Below, piece after piece: positions 12,964-25,992 of a stretch of DNA of 64,000 nt. The notes beneath the pieces were generated by a model. It was not told where the DNA came from and made no database searches. It saw only the letters and a list, made by a program, of their open reading frames with translations. Every line of letters starts with the position of its first letter. The first letter of the stretch is position 1. The DNA lies in the NCBI GenBank assembly GCA_040954595.2, contig CM082588.2:1867027-1931026 (forward strand), read 5' to 3'. The translations under genes and the position numbers were made by a program. The DNA comes from Balanoglossus misakiensis (Eukaryota; Animalia; Hemichordata).

Positions 12964-15230
12964 ATATGGCTGATGATAAAATAAAGAAGAGGGTACCTGG
13001 ATCATCTTTGGGTGAATAGCCTGGTATGGTTTAAAAAAAATTATTTCATGGTGTGGAAAAATGAAAAAAAAAGAACATTACATTTACAGTCATGATAGAG
13101 TGAAAGTGAATGACAAGAATAAGAATTCTGCAAAAATAACAGAAAGCAGCATGTTTTCTCTGCAAAGACAGATCTGATATGACATTGAAACCCTTTGACA
13201 ACTCAGTCTTGTAGAGAAGACAGGGTTACATGCAACTGACAAAACTGTTGCCCAGCTAATTAATCACAAGTGCCTTTGTGCTCCACAGGGAAAAATTAAT
13301 CTAGTGAAAATATTAACTTCATCAAACCAGAGTGAGATACATGTCTAAGTGTAGGTGGTGAAATTGGCTGATTGGTGTTATCACTTTGAAACAAAAGCTT
13401 CAACATCACAACAATATGCAGTTTAAACAATGGTGGAATATAAAAGATGGGTAACAAATAATAATTTATACATGTTATATAATATTTTGCATATCAAGAA
13501 AATTTAATAAAAACATTATCCATAAATAAACATATTTATTCAATGTAAGATTTATAAACTCCAAAGCCCAACTAGCAGTGCCTTTATGGATACTCTCAGT
13601 GAAATTAACATAATGGTTCCACCCAATTTTGAATTTCAGCAAAGGTTAGGTTTAATAGTTCTTCAATGGAAATGTCAAAGTTGAATGACTTTGCCCCTAA
13701 ACATATCAATTCACCATTCATTGTTGTTGTCATGGATACACTTGAGTACTTCCAATAACATAAGGCTTTGAGTAAATCTTTGTTCACACTGAATAATTTA
13801 ATTTAAGTGAAGTGGACAGGTATAATATACGGTAGGTATTAGATGAGCATTTGAAAATAAAAAACCCCAGTGGCATATGGTAACATTTTGCCACCAAGGA
13901 AAAGAAGTCTGACCCAGTCACCCCTATTTTATGCACATCTTAGTCCATTCTTGCCATTGATAACAATAGGGCTGAATCAAAATGACACCGTGAAGGGGTG
14001 ACAGGATCTTGAAAGTCAGCACAAGAGATAACAGAGAGGAATCCATAAAGGTCTGTGCTAGTCAGGCTTCCCCCAATTCGCCAGTTAATAACAGTTTGAG
14101 AGCCAATCACATTTACAGTACAGTAAATACAGAATGTGGCAATGTGTAGTCCGTCACAACGTACGCATGAAATTTTATGCAACACCTTATCACAAATTTC
14201 AAATCAAGGACATGTCTACCTTGACAGATGGAGGAAAACAAGTTCAGATGGCTAATAGTTGTGAAATGATAGCAAATTTTGATGTTTTCTATGAATGTAA
14301 GAGAAATCACACTCCAAATGATGTAAAAGGCCAACTACATACACAAAGAAGGCTGATGTTGGACGGTGCCTGGCTGGCATGAGTTGTTGTGGTCAATATT
14401 AAAACAAAGTGTTATAATTAATTCTGAATTACTTTAAATACAGTTTCATCAGTGTCTTAGTATGTTAGAGGGAATAAAGGATTTAAGTCAGAACATCATA
14501 AGCATTGAGGAACTGTCACTCATGCATCAATTGTTAGTAAATGATAATGCTGGTCCCAACGTCGTTTATACTTCCATACATGACACATACCGGGTACTGT
14601 ACTGGTGCATGTACAGTGTACATACATGTACATACATACATGCACACACACACACACACAGATACATTTAGACACACACACACTTTATGCGTACATGCAA
14701 TTACATGTATTCCGTCCATCCTTACAGGAATAGGGGAAGTTAATCTAATTCTAAGGCTAAATTTGCATTAAAAAAACCTTGTGTAATACATCGATTTGAC
14801 AATCAAGCAGAAAAGACCATATCAATGTCAAAAGATGGCAACTTCATGCCTTTGTTGGATTCTTAGAGATCTCTAAAGGAAAGTTGTTAGTAAGCATATC
14901 TTGAAGTCAGTCATCATATTGCACCATACATTTAACATCCCCTGACCTTCAGAAAACCCTCCACACTTTTCACTTCTATTCACCCCAACAACTCATGCTC
15001 AGCCAGCACTTAAAAGAAAAAAGCTGTGTCGTTAATCGGAATGACTACAAGAGAGAAAAAACACCACTCAGATGTGTGTACTCATTTCTGTGTAAAGGTT
15101 GGTCCTCACCAAACTGCTCAACTGGTGTCATGCTACCCGAAGCACGGGCCATCCCTGTATGACTACTGGTGGTCTTACCCGTGTTGCTACCATCATCCAC
15201 CATAGCAACAGCATCCCCGTTAGATGCCAT
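1220..15230 (-). CDS. ABCB1: ABCB1/P-glycoprotein (MDR)-type full ABC transporter, multi-exon
   Basis: Two TMD-NBD halves with Walker A (GSSGCGKST twice), LSGGQKQR signature, [11 protein letters not shown] Walker B and AHRLSTI H-loop. GT-AG exons: 15110-15230 (ATG), 12390-12597, 12111-12156, 11657-11847, 11224-11451, 10745-10916, 10409-10533, 10154-10270, 9962-10022, 9598-9711, 9340-9447, 9076-9201, 8689-8892, 8346-8516, 7874-8069, 5060-5199, 4781-4933, 4461-4562, 4263-4340, 4050-4133, 3629-3832, 3290-3531, 2936-3092, 2528-2725, 2149-2355, 1695-1841, 1220-1414 (TAA). The first coding exon is less certain. ABCB1 versus ABCB4/5-like orthology cannot be resolved without a tree. Confidence 0.93.
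5587..5679. mobile_element. Short non-autonomous MITE with piggyBac-like ends (TTAA-CCCTTTC...GAAAGGG-TTAA)
   Basis: Terminal inverted repeats flanked by TTAA on both sides. The internal motif GGTCCAAC..TACCATAGAAAACAATGGGTTTGGAC recurs near 8995-9052 and 41793-41849, inverted near 12190-12246, and as fragments near 3952 and 11885. Confidence 0.65.
5819..7050 (-). other. Candidate ABCB1 linker microexons: 7030-7050 (21 nt), 6077-6091 (15 nt), 5924-5944 (21 nt), 5819-5836 (18 nt)
   Basis: Each is bounded by AG and GT (three donors are GTAAGT), is a multiple of 3 nt and is stop-free in the phase-1 frame of the flanking exons. Peptides: AGKLLKM, VQKPP, AAETPEG, AHIHVT. Confidence 0.6.
12791..13020 (-). 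other. Two tandem-duplicated 24-nt ABCB1 N-terminal microexons (12997-13020 and 12791-12814)
   Basis: cag|GCTATTCACCCAAAGATGATCCAG|gtaccc and cag|GCTACATACCTCAGGAAGACCCAG|gtacct. Both are phase 1-1 and encode GYSPKDDP and GYIPQEDP. Confidence 0.7.
12908..12965. repeat. (AAAT)n microsatellite
   Basis: About 14 perfect AAAT units lying between the two 24-nt microexons. Confidence 0.95.
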
Positions 15231-18200
15231 TGTTGCAATTTTACCCCTTTCACTTCAGATCTACTTTACGTGTATTGAATCTTGTGGATCTTGTGAATCA
15301 ATGGTCTGTGCTCTTGTGAAAAGTTTCCTGAAGCAAAAAAAATCATAGAAAGACAAGAAAGATTAATCATTAAGAAAGTGCAAACTTTAAAGCACAACGC
15401 TGAGAAGATGCCACTGTTTTTTTTTCTCTCCTGAACTTGATGTACAATGATTTTTTTTCACATTGCACTATTGCCAGCTTTAATGAGGCTTTTACAGTTA
15501 TGAAAATATTAAAATTACACTAAAAACTTAACAAATTAAACATTCTAATTAAGGCAGACATAACTGAAATGAAGTACATGTATGTGTATATTACTAATTC
15601 ACTCATCAATATTAGCTTGCCATAATAGGATATGGTTATAGCAGTACAGGATGATATTTGCTTGGGATTATGCTAATCAAAGTAGCGCATGAATCAATAA
15701 TGACACATGTGTCATGAAATAACACTTACAATCTTGTATAACACACCAATAATATCATTGCAATCATTAAAGACAGGATGTGTGCACTATTTCAACTTGA
15801 AAATTCATTCTTGTCAGTCTCTAATCTACCTCAGCAAGGCTGCTCAAAGTAGACAGCTTTTTCTGAGGGAGCAGTCAAGATGGGTTTCATAATCGGTATT
15901 TGCAAGATGTATCTTATCACTCCCTGTTGCCTTGGGGGTAGAGTACATAACACTGTCTACATTTCTTATCAAGTACACAGTTATATGTATATGCCAGCTC
16001 TAACACTAATTTCTAGAAATTTCCAACACCAATTTTTAGAAATGAAATCACATTTACAGGACACATGAATTGATGATTGTATAATTTCAAAACCAGAAAT
16101 GGCAGTAGAATAGTACATATTGAACCTGTAACTCAAACAGACATTTCCATCTCACTAGAAAGATTTTTAATCTCTCATGAAGGAAAGTCACATTCTGGCA
16201 ATAATGGTTCCAATAAAAACACGAAGCAATTAGTTTTTTTGTACCCGACTCATCAAAATCAACATTTATGTAGTAACTGCTACCACCACATTTAAGCCAT
16301 CGAGAACAGACCCTCAAAAAAAATGTTAAACTCTGATCAATATGATGGTCAAATACAAGTGACAAGTTCATCTAAAGAACATCTTTACCTGTTTGTTGAA
16401 ATACCTTCAATGATTCAAGACAGAACCAATTCACTGAGACCTGTGAGGAATGCACACTTGCAGCCACCTCAAGACGTCTTGACAGTGTCTTAAAAAATTT
16501 CCCTCCAAAGTGCAGACAATCAGGGTTATCAGTCAAACATTAACCTGACTGCGACCAATGCATGAAATAGGACAGCTGATATATAACATCAAGTGCATGC
16601 ACATGCGCAAGGCAAGACAATGACGTCACATAGTTACTCCAAACCAACATGCCATATTGCGTAATGTTGCAAACATTACTAAGGCCATATCTCAGCAGCA
16701 AATCAATAACTCTGTTTGTCCGAGCTATTCAATTCTATTTACTCAGTCAATAATCCGTGGTCCATTTTTATTGAATAATGCAAAACTATATCTTATTAAT
16801 CACTGTCTGTGATGAAACAATAGAAACAGCATGTTCAACATTGATTTCTTTGCTGTGACAATGGCAATTATGCACAACACTTTCACATATTCTCCGTGTA
16901 CACTTGTCATTTCCCGAGTACGTGTATGCGCAGTACAAAAATTAGAGGAGAGGTAAATGTATATCTTTAAGACGCATGTGAAACAGATACAGTTCAGTGA
17001 TACAGTTTTGAAGTGGTTGTTTCTACAGCAACAGCAGAGTTACTAAAGCCAGTGCAAAATGAGGTCAGCATCATATTTACGGCCATAAACGTCCGGATAA
17101 GGAAAAAGTATAAGTACATGCATTGATGTACGATCTGTCTTTTCAACAAGAAAAATAAGACTTTTTAATAGGATGATACCGTCTTGTAAGACAGTTTGGG
17201 TGCAGCTATTCTGGGGCAGTTACACTCAGGCTGTAGATGCTGACCATTCTGTGTGTGCTGAGATTAGTCACTCATGACGTAGGTTCACTTTAGGTCTCCT
17301 TGACTCTGTGCATGCGCAGCCTGTACAGATTTCTGTGTCAACACAAGCATTCATCACCCTCTCATTCACCCATCTGACACATGGAACATTAAACTTGCAC
17401 TCAGTGTGTTGGTGAAAGTTCACCAGTCAAACAAAGCAAAGCAGAGTCATGGTATTAAAATCACTGGGGCGTGTAAACTATGAATTCAGAGTGCTAAACA
17501 ACTTTATTATACAAATTATTTATATATATTCATGTACGTATAATAAGCAGTGATTATTAGGGATAATTCATAAATATGACTGTTATTCTTCCAGTGTCAA
17601 CACTGCACTGTACCTGTACATCATCCTGTCACAAGGGATGCAAGAAGTCAACAGTTATTAATAAATATCGGTGGTTATTAATATTGCACTGGTCCCACAT
17701 AGTTCTGTTGACACAGCATATTTTATAGGTTACAAAAGCAGCCATTTATCTCACTTCCTCACCTTTTATTCCCACCACAGTAAATAACAATGTCACTCAG
17801 TGATTCTAACACAAGTACGCAATGATGCAAAAATGTGCTGAATCATCAGCACAACTCTGCTTGTCCTCTCAACCTGCTTGAAACCAAACGCAGTGGACAC
17901 ACTGGCCCAAATCTAACCTACAAAGAGGATTTAAGATGTATGCATGGCTAGGTCCCTCATGAAGCGTCTTGCACAATAGTGACAAGGGGAGTCACCTTGC
18001 CAAATAATCTAGACAGCTACAGCCCTCGAGTGGCCAACGGACACCTGTATTGGCCTAATCAAATGGTAAGAGCCTATGATTTATAGTATATCGCTGCACT
18101 ACACACTTCTGTTACCTCCACTGACCCGTCCACACCGACACACAATGCCAACGAAAGGAAAAATCAGGGTACTAACTCGCAAGGGTCAGACAGACACTAG

Positions 18201-20924
18201 CTGTTGTCCACCTGAGTTATAAACCAAAGCCTCAGCGGTCAAAATACTTTTTCTCGTTCAATATAAACAGCAACTTTTTCGGAAGTACACTATGTCATGT
18301 TAAAGGTATGTCAAGTAGCCATCTTATTGTGGCAATAAATATTATCTTTATAGCACCATCATGTGATTAGAATGAGGGCAGGTCGACCAGGGCACACTTT
18401 GACATCATTCACCATTTGCACTTTGGATATATTCTTCCACTGGAAGAGTTCACATGCCATGAAAGTACAGCTGCACCAATCGGAAGTGCATGGATCTGTT
18501 CACCCAAAGATGGAAGCACTTCACAGACAGGAAGTCTACAGATTTGTGCCAATCTGATCAGATTAAAATATTAATCTGTGCATTAACAGAACTTAAGTTT
18601 TTACATGAAAATGCTCTCAGATACAAAATGGTTGTCTGCACAACCTTCTAGAAGTAAATTGACTCCAAAAGTCACCAAAAGTTGGCCAAGGTTTCTATAC
18701 TCAGTGATGTAGCTATGTTTTGTAACAAGCAGGCAAGAGGAACTAACAGCCATTCAAGGCATGGGTTGGCATTCTTCAAAGTGTAAAAACGATTTAGTGA
18801 AAGAGATGATGTCATTAATAATTGTGAGTTGGGGGGAGAGATTTCTACGGGTACTTCGGACAAGCTGGTACATTATATACGTGGCGTGCAATATTTGAGA
18901 TGATGGATGGAAGGGACTGACTATTATTGTCAGGTAGACAATGATCACTGACGTCACAGCGGCCATTTTATCATTAGTGGAAACCTGTTGAGTGAGACTG
19001 CATGCCCAACCTGTGTAACCCGATCCAACATGCATTGAGGTGTCGCATGGCATGTCCTTCAGCGGGACGTCGGTCGGCAAACAGTGAATGAATCTTAAAG
19101 ACTCCGAGATGACGTAATGTGCCAAATACTGCATGAGTCATTGTTTGAGTTTGCTTAGCACCAAGTCTACACTCAGGTTATCAAAGTTTTACTTTTCTTT
19201 CTGAATTACCTTTGGTGACAGAATTTCACATAAGATTTAACATGTGGACTACCATACCGGTACATTCAGAATGTACTGGTGGGGTGTCAATGCCAGCCAT
19301 TCTGTCTGGCCAGAAATGCCTGGATTGTCTGCCTTTGATCAATGAATATCACTCAGCAACTCAACTTTCTATTGACCAAGAAATCATGTAATAAAATTTC
19401 AGTACTATCCCATGGCTCTTCCTTTGTGTGTAGAAGTCGTTATAATTTATTGGCATGCACATACAGTTGTTTGATGACCTACAGCAGACAACTCTCCCAA
19501 AAGCAGTTAACTACAGTACGTCCTGATACATTTTCTCATAATCTATGTAATTAGTTATCTACATGTGTGTGCCAAGGGAATTCCTACCTGGTGGGATAAA
19601 TTTTCTGGGACTTGTAATGATGGCTCTGTGACTCCATCGAGAAGCAAATCTAACTGGCAGAGTTACCCACCCATGGATCAAACAGATAGATTAATTCTGG
19701 GCTATGCATGCTATGTGGAATCTCTTGAAGAATGATCTGCGGACCGTACAAGTAACTAACAGTACAAAGGTCATTATGACAGTGCACTTGGTTACGTAAT
19801 GCTGTTCCGCTGTCTGAAAAGGACTTTTGTTATAAAATCAAACATCCGGACAATGAACCGACTGTAACAGATAACCGCTCATCGCAGCCACAAATAATAG
19901 AGATACATGAAAATATGTGGTACTTTTCCTCCCGTTGAAAGTCACAAATATCATGCATAAATTTTGTCCTGAAAATCCCCATGACAAAATGGGAAAAAGA
20001 TGTCACCTACTTTTTCTATGGTTCTTTCTCCTCCATGTATAGTGATTTGTATGTGTACCAAATATTACCATGTCATGTGCTTATATAGCATACCAAGAAA
20101 CGACAGTACTTTTTTTTCCTACACTACTTCAGTCTTATCACTGATAGGACAGCTATAATGCAAATTGAAAATGAGGTCATTCACCCATCATCCTCTGTGT
20201 ACAACATGCAAATTTCATCCAAATAGATGATGTCATCCTACTGCCAAGTTGCTCAGCTGCCAGAGATGATGTCATTGTCAGCTATGATTGCGTTGTTGAA
20301 CTCCATATATGGTAAAATTTGGACAAAAACTTAGTAGTTACACATGGTAATGCTTAGAAGAGATCTATAGTGAGCTCAAATTCTATTTTAAGCTCCCAAG
20401 GACGCATGCAAAGAGTCAATCCACGACATCATGTCTGATCACTATCTGACCGCAAGCAAAATTGTCACCAAATTTGGTTGCAAACTGAGCAAGTAACGAA
20501 GTACATGTAATGTATTAAACATTCAGAGACATCTCGTACATGGTCTGAAGTTTACAAAGTTATGATTTTGGTGTGGTCTGACAAAATGGGCCACTGGTAA
20601 CAAAACTAGAGCAGGCCAATTGTGCCATGGTTCATTGACATAAATTAAGGCCACTGTCACACCACCTTCTCAGCGCATAGGTAAGGTACTACGTAGTATA
20701 AATAGTATATTCGTCTCAGAAACGATGTATGGAATTCCTGTTGCTGAATAACATCCCATTGCCATGGAATTTCCATGGAGACCAATGTAGTACAGATATC
20801 TCTGAAAGAATTCTACGGTACCTGTCCCCATGCTTACACATTGATTCAAAAGTTACCTTGGCTGTTTATGAAGACGTGACAGACCTTGAGTTTCTGCTGA
20901 AATCTTCATACAGCCTCAGGTAGC

Positions 20925-21042
20925 TTAAATCATTGGCGTCGGAATCACATAGACTGTGATCGCTTGATTCAACCTGTAAATATTTACAGGTTGAATCAAA
21001 TAGCTATCACAATCACTGTGATTCTGACGCCTATGGTTTTAA
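20925..21042. repeat. Palindromic foldback/MITE-like element
   Basis: Perfect 36-bp palindrome TTGATTCAACCTGTAAAT|ATTTACAGGTTGAATCAA at 20964-20999, nested inside imperfect ~25-bp terminal inverted repeats (20925-20949 and 21017-21042). Confidence 0.8.
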
Positions 21043-22383
21043 ATTATACAGGACAAAATGCTGCAAACTTTATACCACAATGCCTGATGAAATATCTTTT
21101 AATTTTGAATATTTGAGTGTTTATCTAGCTGGCATATATTCTCTTCATGGAGGAGAGTACATTCATGATTTGCTTTCAATATATGCAGCTCTTGGTATCG
21201 GGCAAGGGAGACAGGTGATCAATAGTAAATCATGTGAACAAATATTACCATGATAGTATAATTTATGCAGCCATTTGTATATTTCAACGAGCTCATCATG
21301 TTCATATCGGAAGTGATCAGAAGTGACAATTTCAGAAATATTTAAGTACATAAGGAACGCAATATGCCAGCAAAAATATGTGGGTTTGTGGAGCTTCTCT
21401 AAGAGAATCTATCCTTCCCACGTTGATTGAGTGTGCGGTCGACATACTATACACAGTACATGTACATGTATTCACCTTTCGTGTGATGTCGGTTATTGTA
21501 ATGCGCGCGTTCCTTACCTTTTTTGCTGAATTTTCAGACTTTCTTGGCGTAACCATCAATCTTAACGTTTAAGGAAGTGTCACATATATTGAGAAATTGT
21601 TTTGGTCGTACACTGCACCTGGAAAAACGTCACGATGACCCAGAATCGACAGTGCAACAATACAGTGTACGTCGTCGGCTGTTGCTCTGTGTTGAAAGTG
21701 TCAGACGACGTAATTCTTAAGTATCACGTGACCGCTACAAGGGGTCATGCGACCTTTTTCTGAGCTAGGCCAAAGACCTTTTTGTCCTGTCGAAATATAA
21801 ACATTTCACATACTTATTGGCCAACATACGCACCCAAATCAAATGCAGGTGACTCATACAACGGTAATAGTATACGTTTATCGCAGGCAGTTGAGACACA
21901 TGCCTAAAAAGCGATGTGAATCAAACTGAAATTAATTTTCAGCAGGTTGCTTTATACATAATACATAATACATAATACATAATAGAGGGCGCAATGATCG
22001 TGTTTAGTCGTCTTCCTCTTGGTATTTATTCAATTTTATTCCAATTCAGTACATGTCATGGGGAATCTTCCTCTTGGGTGTGTTGTTATCGATGTTAATC
22101 GTTAAAATAAAATGTTTAACCCCAATTCATTCTGGTTGTGTTTCCCAACCAAGACAAACTTTCGCCCAAAAGATGTAGAAATAAGTAACAGCTCACAACT
22201 CACTTTTAAAACTAAACTGTCGAGAATTGTTCAGAGACAACTGAACAGAGAGAGACATTGTATTAGCATTCCTCAACAACACTGATTGATATACGCTGAC
22301 ATTTAATATTATTCAACGATTAACGTTATACGCTGCTATCAATCGATCATAATATCTTGGAGCCAACCACCAGAAAATAGTGC

Positions 22384-25300
22384 TCAATCCTTTTCCGCTT
22401 CTATTTCAACAAATCCGTTATTGGCGACACCGCCTTTCTTATCCATTTCGACATCTACTTCACAGCTGCTAACCATACCATTCTTGTCGTCAACCACACC
22501 GCCATCCTGATCGCCTTTCTTATTTTTCTTGCGTTTTCTACGAATGAACGACAACACCATATTTAGGAGTATAATTCAGCTTCAATTCAACGATTTGGTT
22601 CGGCTATTACTTCACAAAATGATATCACACGTAGTCTTTAGAAAGAGCCCTCTGGTGTTAGAATACAAGCAACCTACTTTCCAAAGGATTCTCCTTCTTC
22701 CAACGTCTCTGGCAGTTTCTTGTTCAGTGTTTCTGGGAGCAGTAATGTCAACAGGCCGGCTATGACAGCCGTGGTGCCGAATACGACCAGTGGCAAGGGC
22801 TCCCAAAGCAGGCCAAGTAGAAGCATTTGTGGGGCGAGGATTCCTCCAATACGAGCACACATCGAGGAAATGCCCATACCGATATTCCTTTACCAGTTGG
22901 GAAAGAAATGGAGGGAAGATGTAAGCGAATTTGGCAACTTTGAGTGCTAATATCGAACGGATTTGAATATGTCGTCACAGGAGATCCTGAGTTTCCTACC
23001 TGACGGGTGTTGGATAGAGCTCAGCGGAGAATACATAAACGATGGCAAAGGATGCCGAGACCGCGAACTTTCCGATCATTGAGAGAGTGACGCCGACCCA
23101 TTCTAAGCTAGTGTCGCCTGTGAAGAGGGATACATGATTGAACAATTATCCATGTATTCCTTGGTGCACAGTCCCTCTATTACATGGGAACTGTGCTTGG
23201 TGATAAAACAAGGGTATGGTGGCAGTGGTGGTGTCCAGAAATAAACGAAATTTTCAGGGAACTTACATGGCGGAACAAAGACAGTCGAGATGCAGGCTAT
23301 TCCCCCAACAAGAAGAGTGAGACTCAGAGACCAGCGACGTCCAAGCCGAGTGTCCAGTATAAAAATCGACATGATGTATGCTGGAATTTCTACGGCTGCA
23401 GAGATAAACGCTGCCAGGAAGTCATTGCCGCCTAAGTTGGACGTGTTTAGTGACAGACCATAATACACAAAGCTGCACGTAAACCTGTGCGAGATATTGA
23501 AGAAGAGAGAGGGAAAGAGAGAATGAAAGAAAGACCTATGGTAGTATTTCGGCGAATGTCCAAAAATATCTACACACATTTTCACTGTACATACACAAGA
23601 CCAAAAACAACGCTGTCCAATTATATTATATCCTGCAGAGTTTACTATAAAAGAAATGAAACTGACCAGTTATAAAATAGATTAAAGGACTTTGCTCTCA
23701 TGTTCGGTAGGCGGAACAGATCAATGACACCGTTACTCTTTGCTGTCTCGTGTTCTCCTGCGACCTTCTCTTCTTTCTGGAAGAAACACGAAGTCACCGT
23801 CAGACAGACAGTAGAAAAAGCGAAATCCTTAACACTTGGCTTGGCTGCATCATTCTGTTCCCCTTTGAAGTATCATCCAGTTTTACCGGGGGCTGTCATA
23901 CCTGTTGTGCGCGAAGTTCTTCATAAACCTCTTCCGGTACGGTGACCTTGTTGAACTTTTCGCATTCTCTGATGATTTTCTCGGCTTTCTCAATTTTGCC
24001 GGTCGAGATCAGCCATCTTGGAGACTCTGGCAGAATACTTAATCACCCAAAAAGCACAACAACAAAATAATTAACGGTGAAATGACAATAAAAACGTGAT
24101 ATTTGGAAGCGGTTTATCCATATCTTGCAATCAGCCTTCAACTTGCTAGTCTGCCAAGACACGCATGGACAATAATGAAGTTGACGAACGTCCATTGCAC
24201 AAAATTGGCCAAAGGACTCTTAGACACCAGGAAACTTACAATATGTAAAGTAGGAAGATGACATTGGGAACTGTGATGACGAGTTGGAGCTGCCACCAAT
24301 AGCGTATGAAGTAAGCCAGCACAGATATCAACATGTAACCAAAGCTGAAGAAAAACTCAATGGCAATACCGGCCAGGGTTCTTTTCGATGGTCCAACTAA
24401 CTCAGTTGCTGAAATCAACAGATAATACACGTGATCATCGTCATCATCATAGTCCTCAAGCTTTAAGACACACATAGATGTTACCCCGGGTAATGGTTTA
24501 CAACTCACCAAGAACGAACGCGACGAGAAACATTCCATTTGCTGACAAGCCAACAAAGAAACGGAAGATGACGAAAGCAATATAATTTGGCGAAAAGGCA
24601 ACCGCTGTTCCGAAGGTGACCATTACAACGACCGTGATCATCAAAGTTGGAAGTCTGCCAATCCTGTTTGATGAAAAGGAACAAAAAGAGGTTGATGTGT
24701 TTTTCTGTTTATTAGTTTCAGAAAATACGGATGCGTTTACTCGCCAACTCTGTTCGAGAAGAGGGTCAACAGAACTTGACTGCACGACTGCCAATATAGA
24801 CGCATTCTAAGTCATCATTGCCCGAGACTTTGAAACAAAACACTTACATGTCAGACAAGGCGCCAAATAACACAGCTCCAACCAGAACTCCACACATATA
24901 GAGCGATGAGGATAGGGCACCGAGATAATAATCATCACAGACCAAATTGTACTAAATGGAGAAACAATTATGATCATGATAAAGAGAAACGAACGAGAGA
25001 CAGAAAGAGTGAAAGAGAGAGAGAGAGAGAGAAAGAGAGACAGACAGACAGAGAGAGACGGATAGAGGGGGACAGAGACAGAGCACAATCGTTGTAAATT
25101 GCACGTGGATGACGTAACACGACATGAAAACATGAAGCATCCTTCCCAGTAAAACATCTACGTGTTTGTACAGCTCAGTCAGGTTTTGTCAAATCGTTCG
25201 TTGCCTGGCTGCCGCGGCTGCATGATGATAATCTTCGTGATTACTTATAAGCAACAACAACAGGCAACAGAACAGTTCGACTTCCGTCAAAAATTCAAAT

Positions 25301-25992
25301 AAATGAAGGTCATCGACTTATAAGGGAAAAGATTTGCCATAATTTCATAAACGGTGATCTTTGATCTGTCCGACTGGGATAAAACGTTCGTTTGGCATCG
25401 GGCGCGAGTGATACCGCAAATCTTTGTTACGTCACATTTGGAAACCGCCATTTTGGAAACAAATGTCATTTTGATTTTGGTAAGTTAAATGTCAATGCCA
25501 GTTGAAAAGTCAAAACAGGCAAAAAATGTTTGGAAATTCTGCTACCGATATTTTTTTGGTTACCTCTTGAAACGCAGTGCTTTTGTACACGGACCGATCG
25601 TATTCCCACCCTTCGTTGCAGGCCATGGTTTTATTTTCATACGGCGTCATATCGATGCCGGGGGAGTACGTCAGTCCCGTGGTGTTGTATCGCTCGCAGT
25701 TGCTGTACACCGATGTCACCCCGCATCTGCCGTCATCTTCCACGTACGGAATGGTGTAGTTCTTCCACGTCTCCAAACACAGCTCCTCGGTGACCTCGGG
25801 ACCGCAGTAAGTCTCCTCGTACTGGTCAACGCCCGAAGCATAGCACCAGTAGTCAGTTTCGGCCACTAGGAACACCTGTGAGAACATATGCATGGCTGGA
25901 GCGATGGCCAGGAGACAGATCAACAGGTAGCATCGTATCTGGTAGCGTCCGAACTCACCAAGGTGTTGTAATACATCGTCGAACTGGACCAT
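22384..25992 (-). CDS. SLC22-family organic cation/anion transporter (MFS), paralogue A, 10 exons
   Basis: Motifs: [18 protein letters not shown], Cys-rich loop ending [73 protein letters not shown]. Exons 25564-25992, 24848-24951, 24509-24663, 24240-24408, 23902-24037, 23667-23776, 23267-23484, 23000-23117, 22678-22887, 22384-22537. Confidence 0.93.
24985..25083. repeat. GA-rich low-complexity/microsatellite tract in an SLC22 intron
   Basis: (GA)n and GACA runs; forms the pyrimidine tract on the minus strand upstream of exon 2. Confidence 0.8.
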
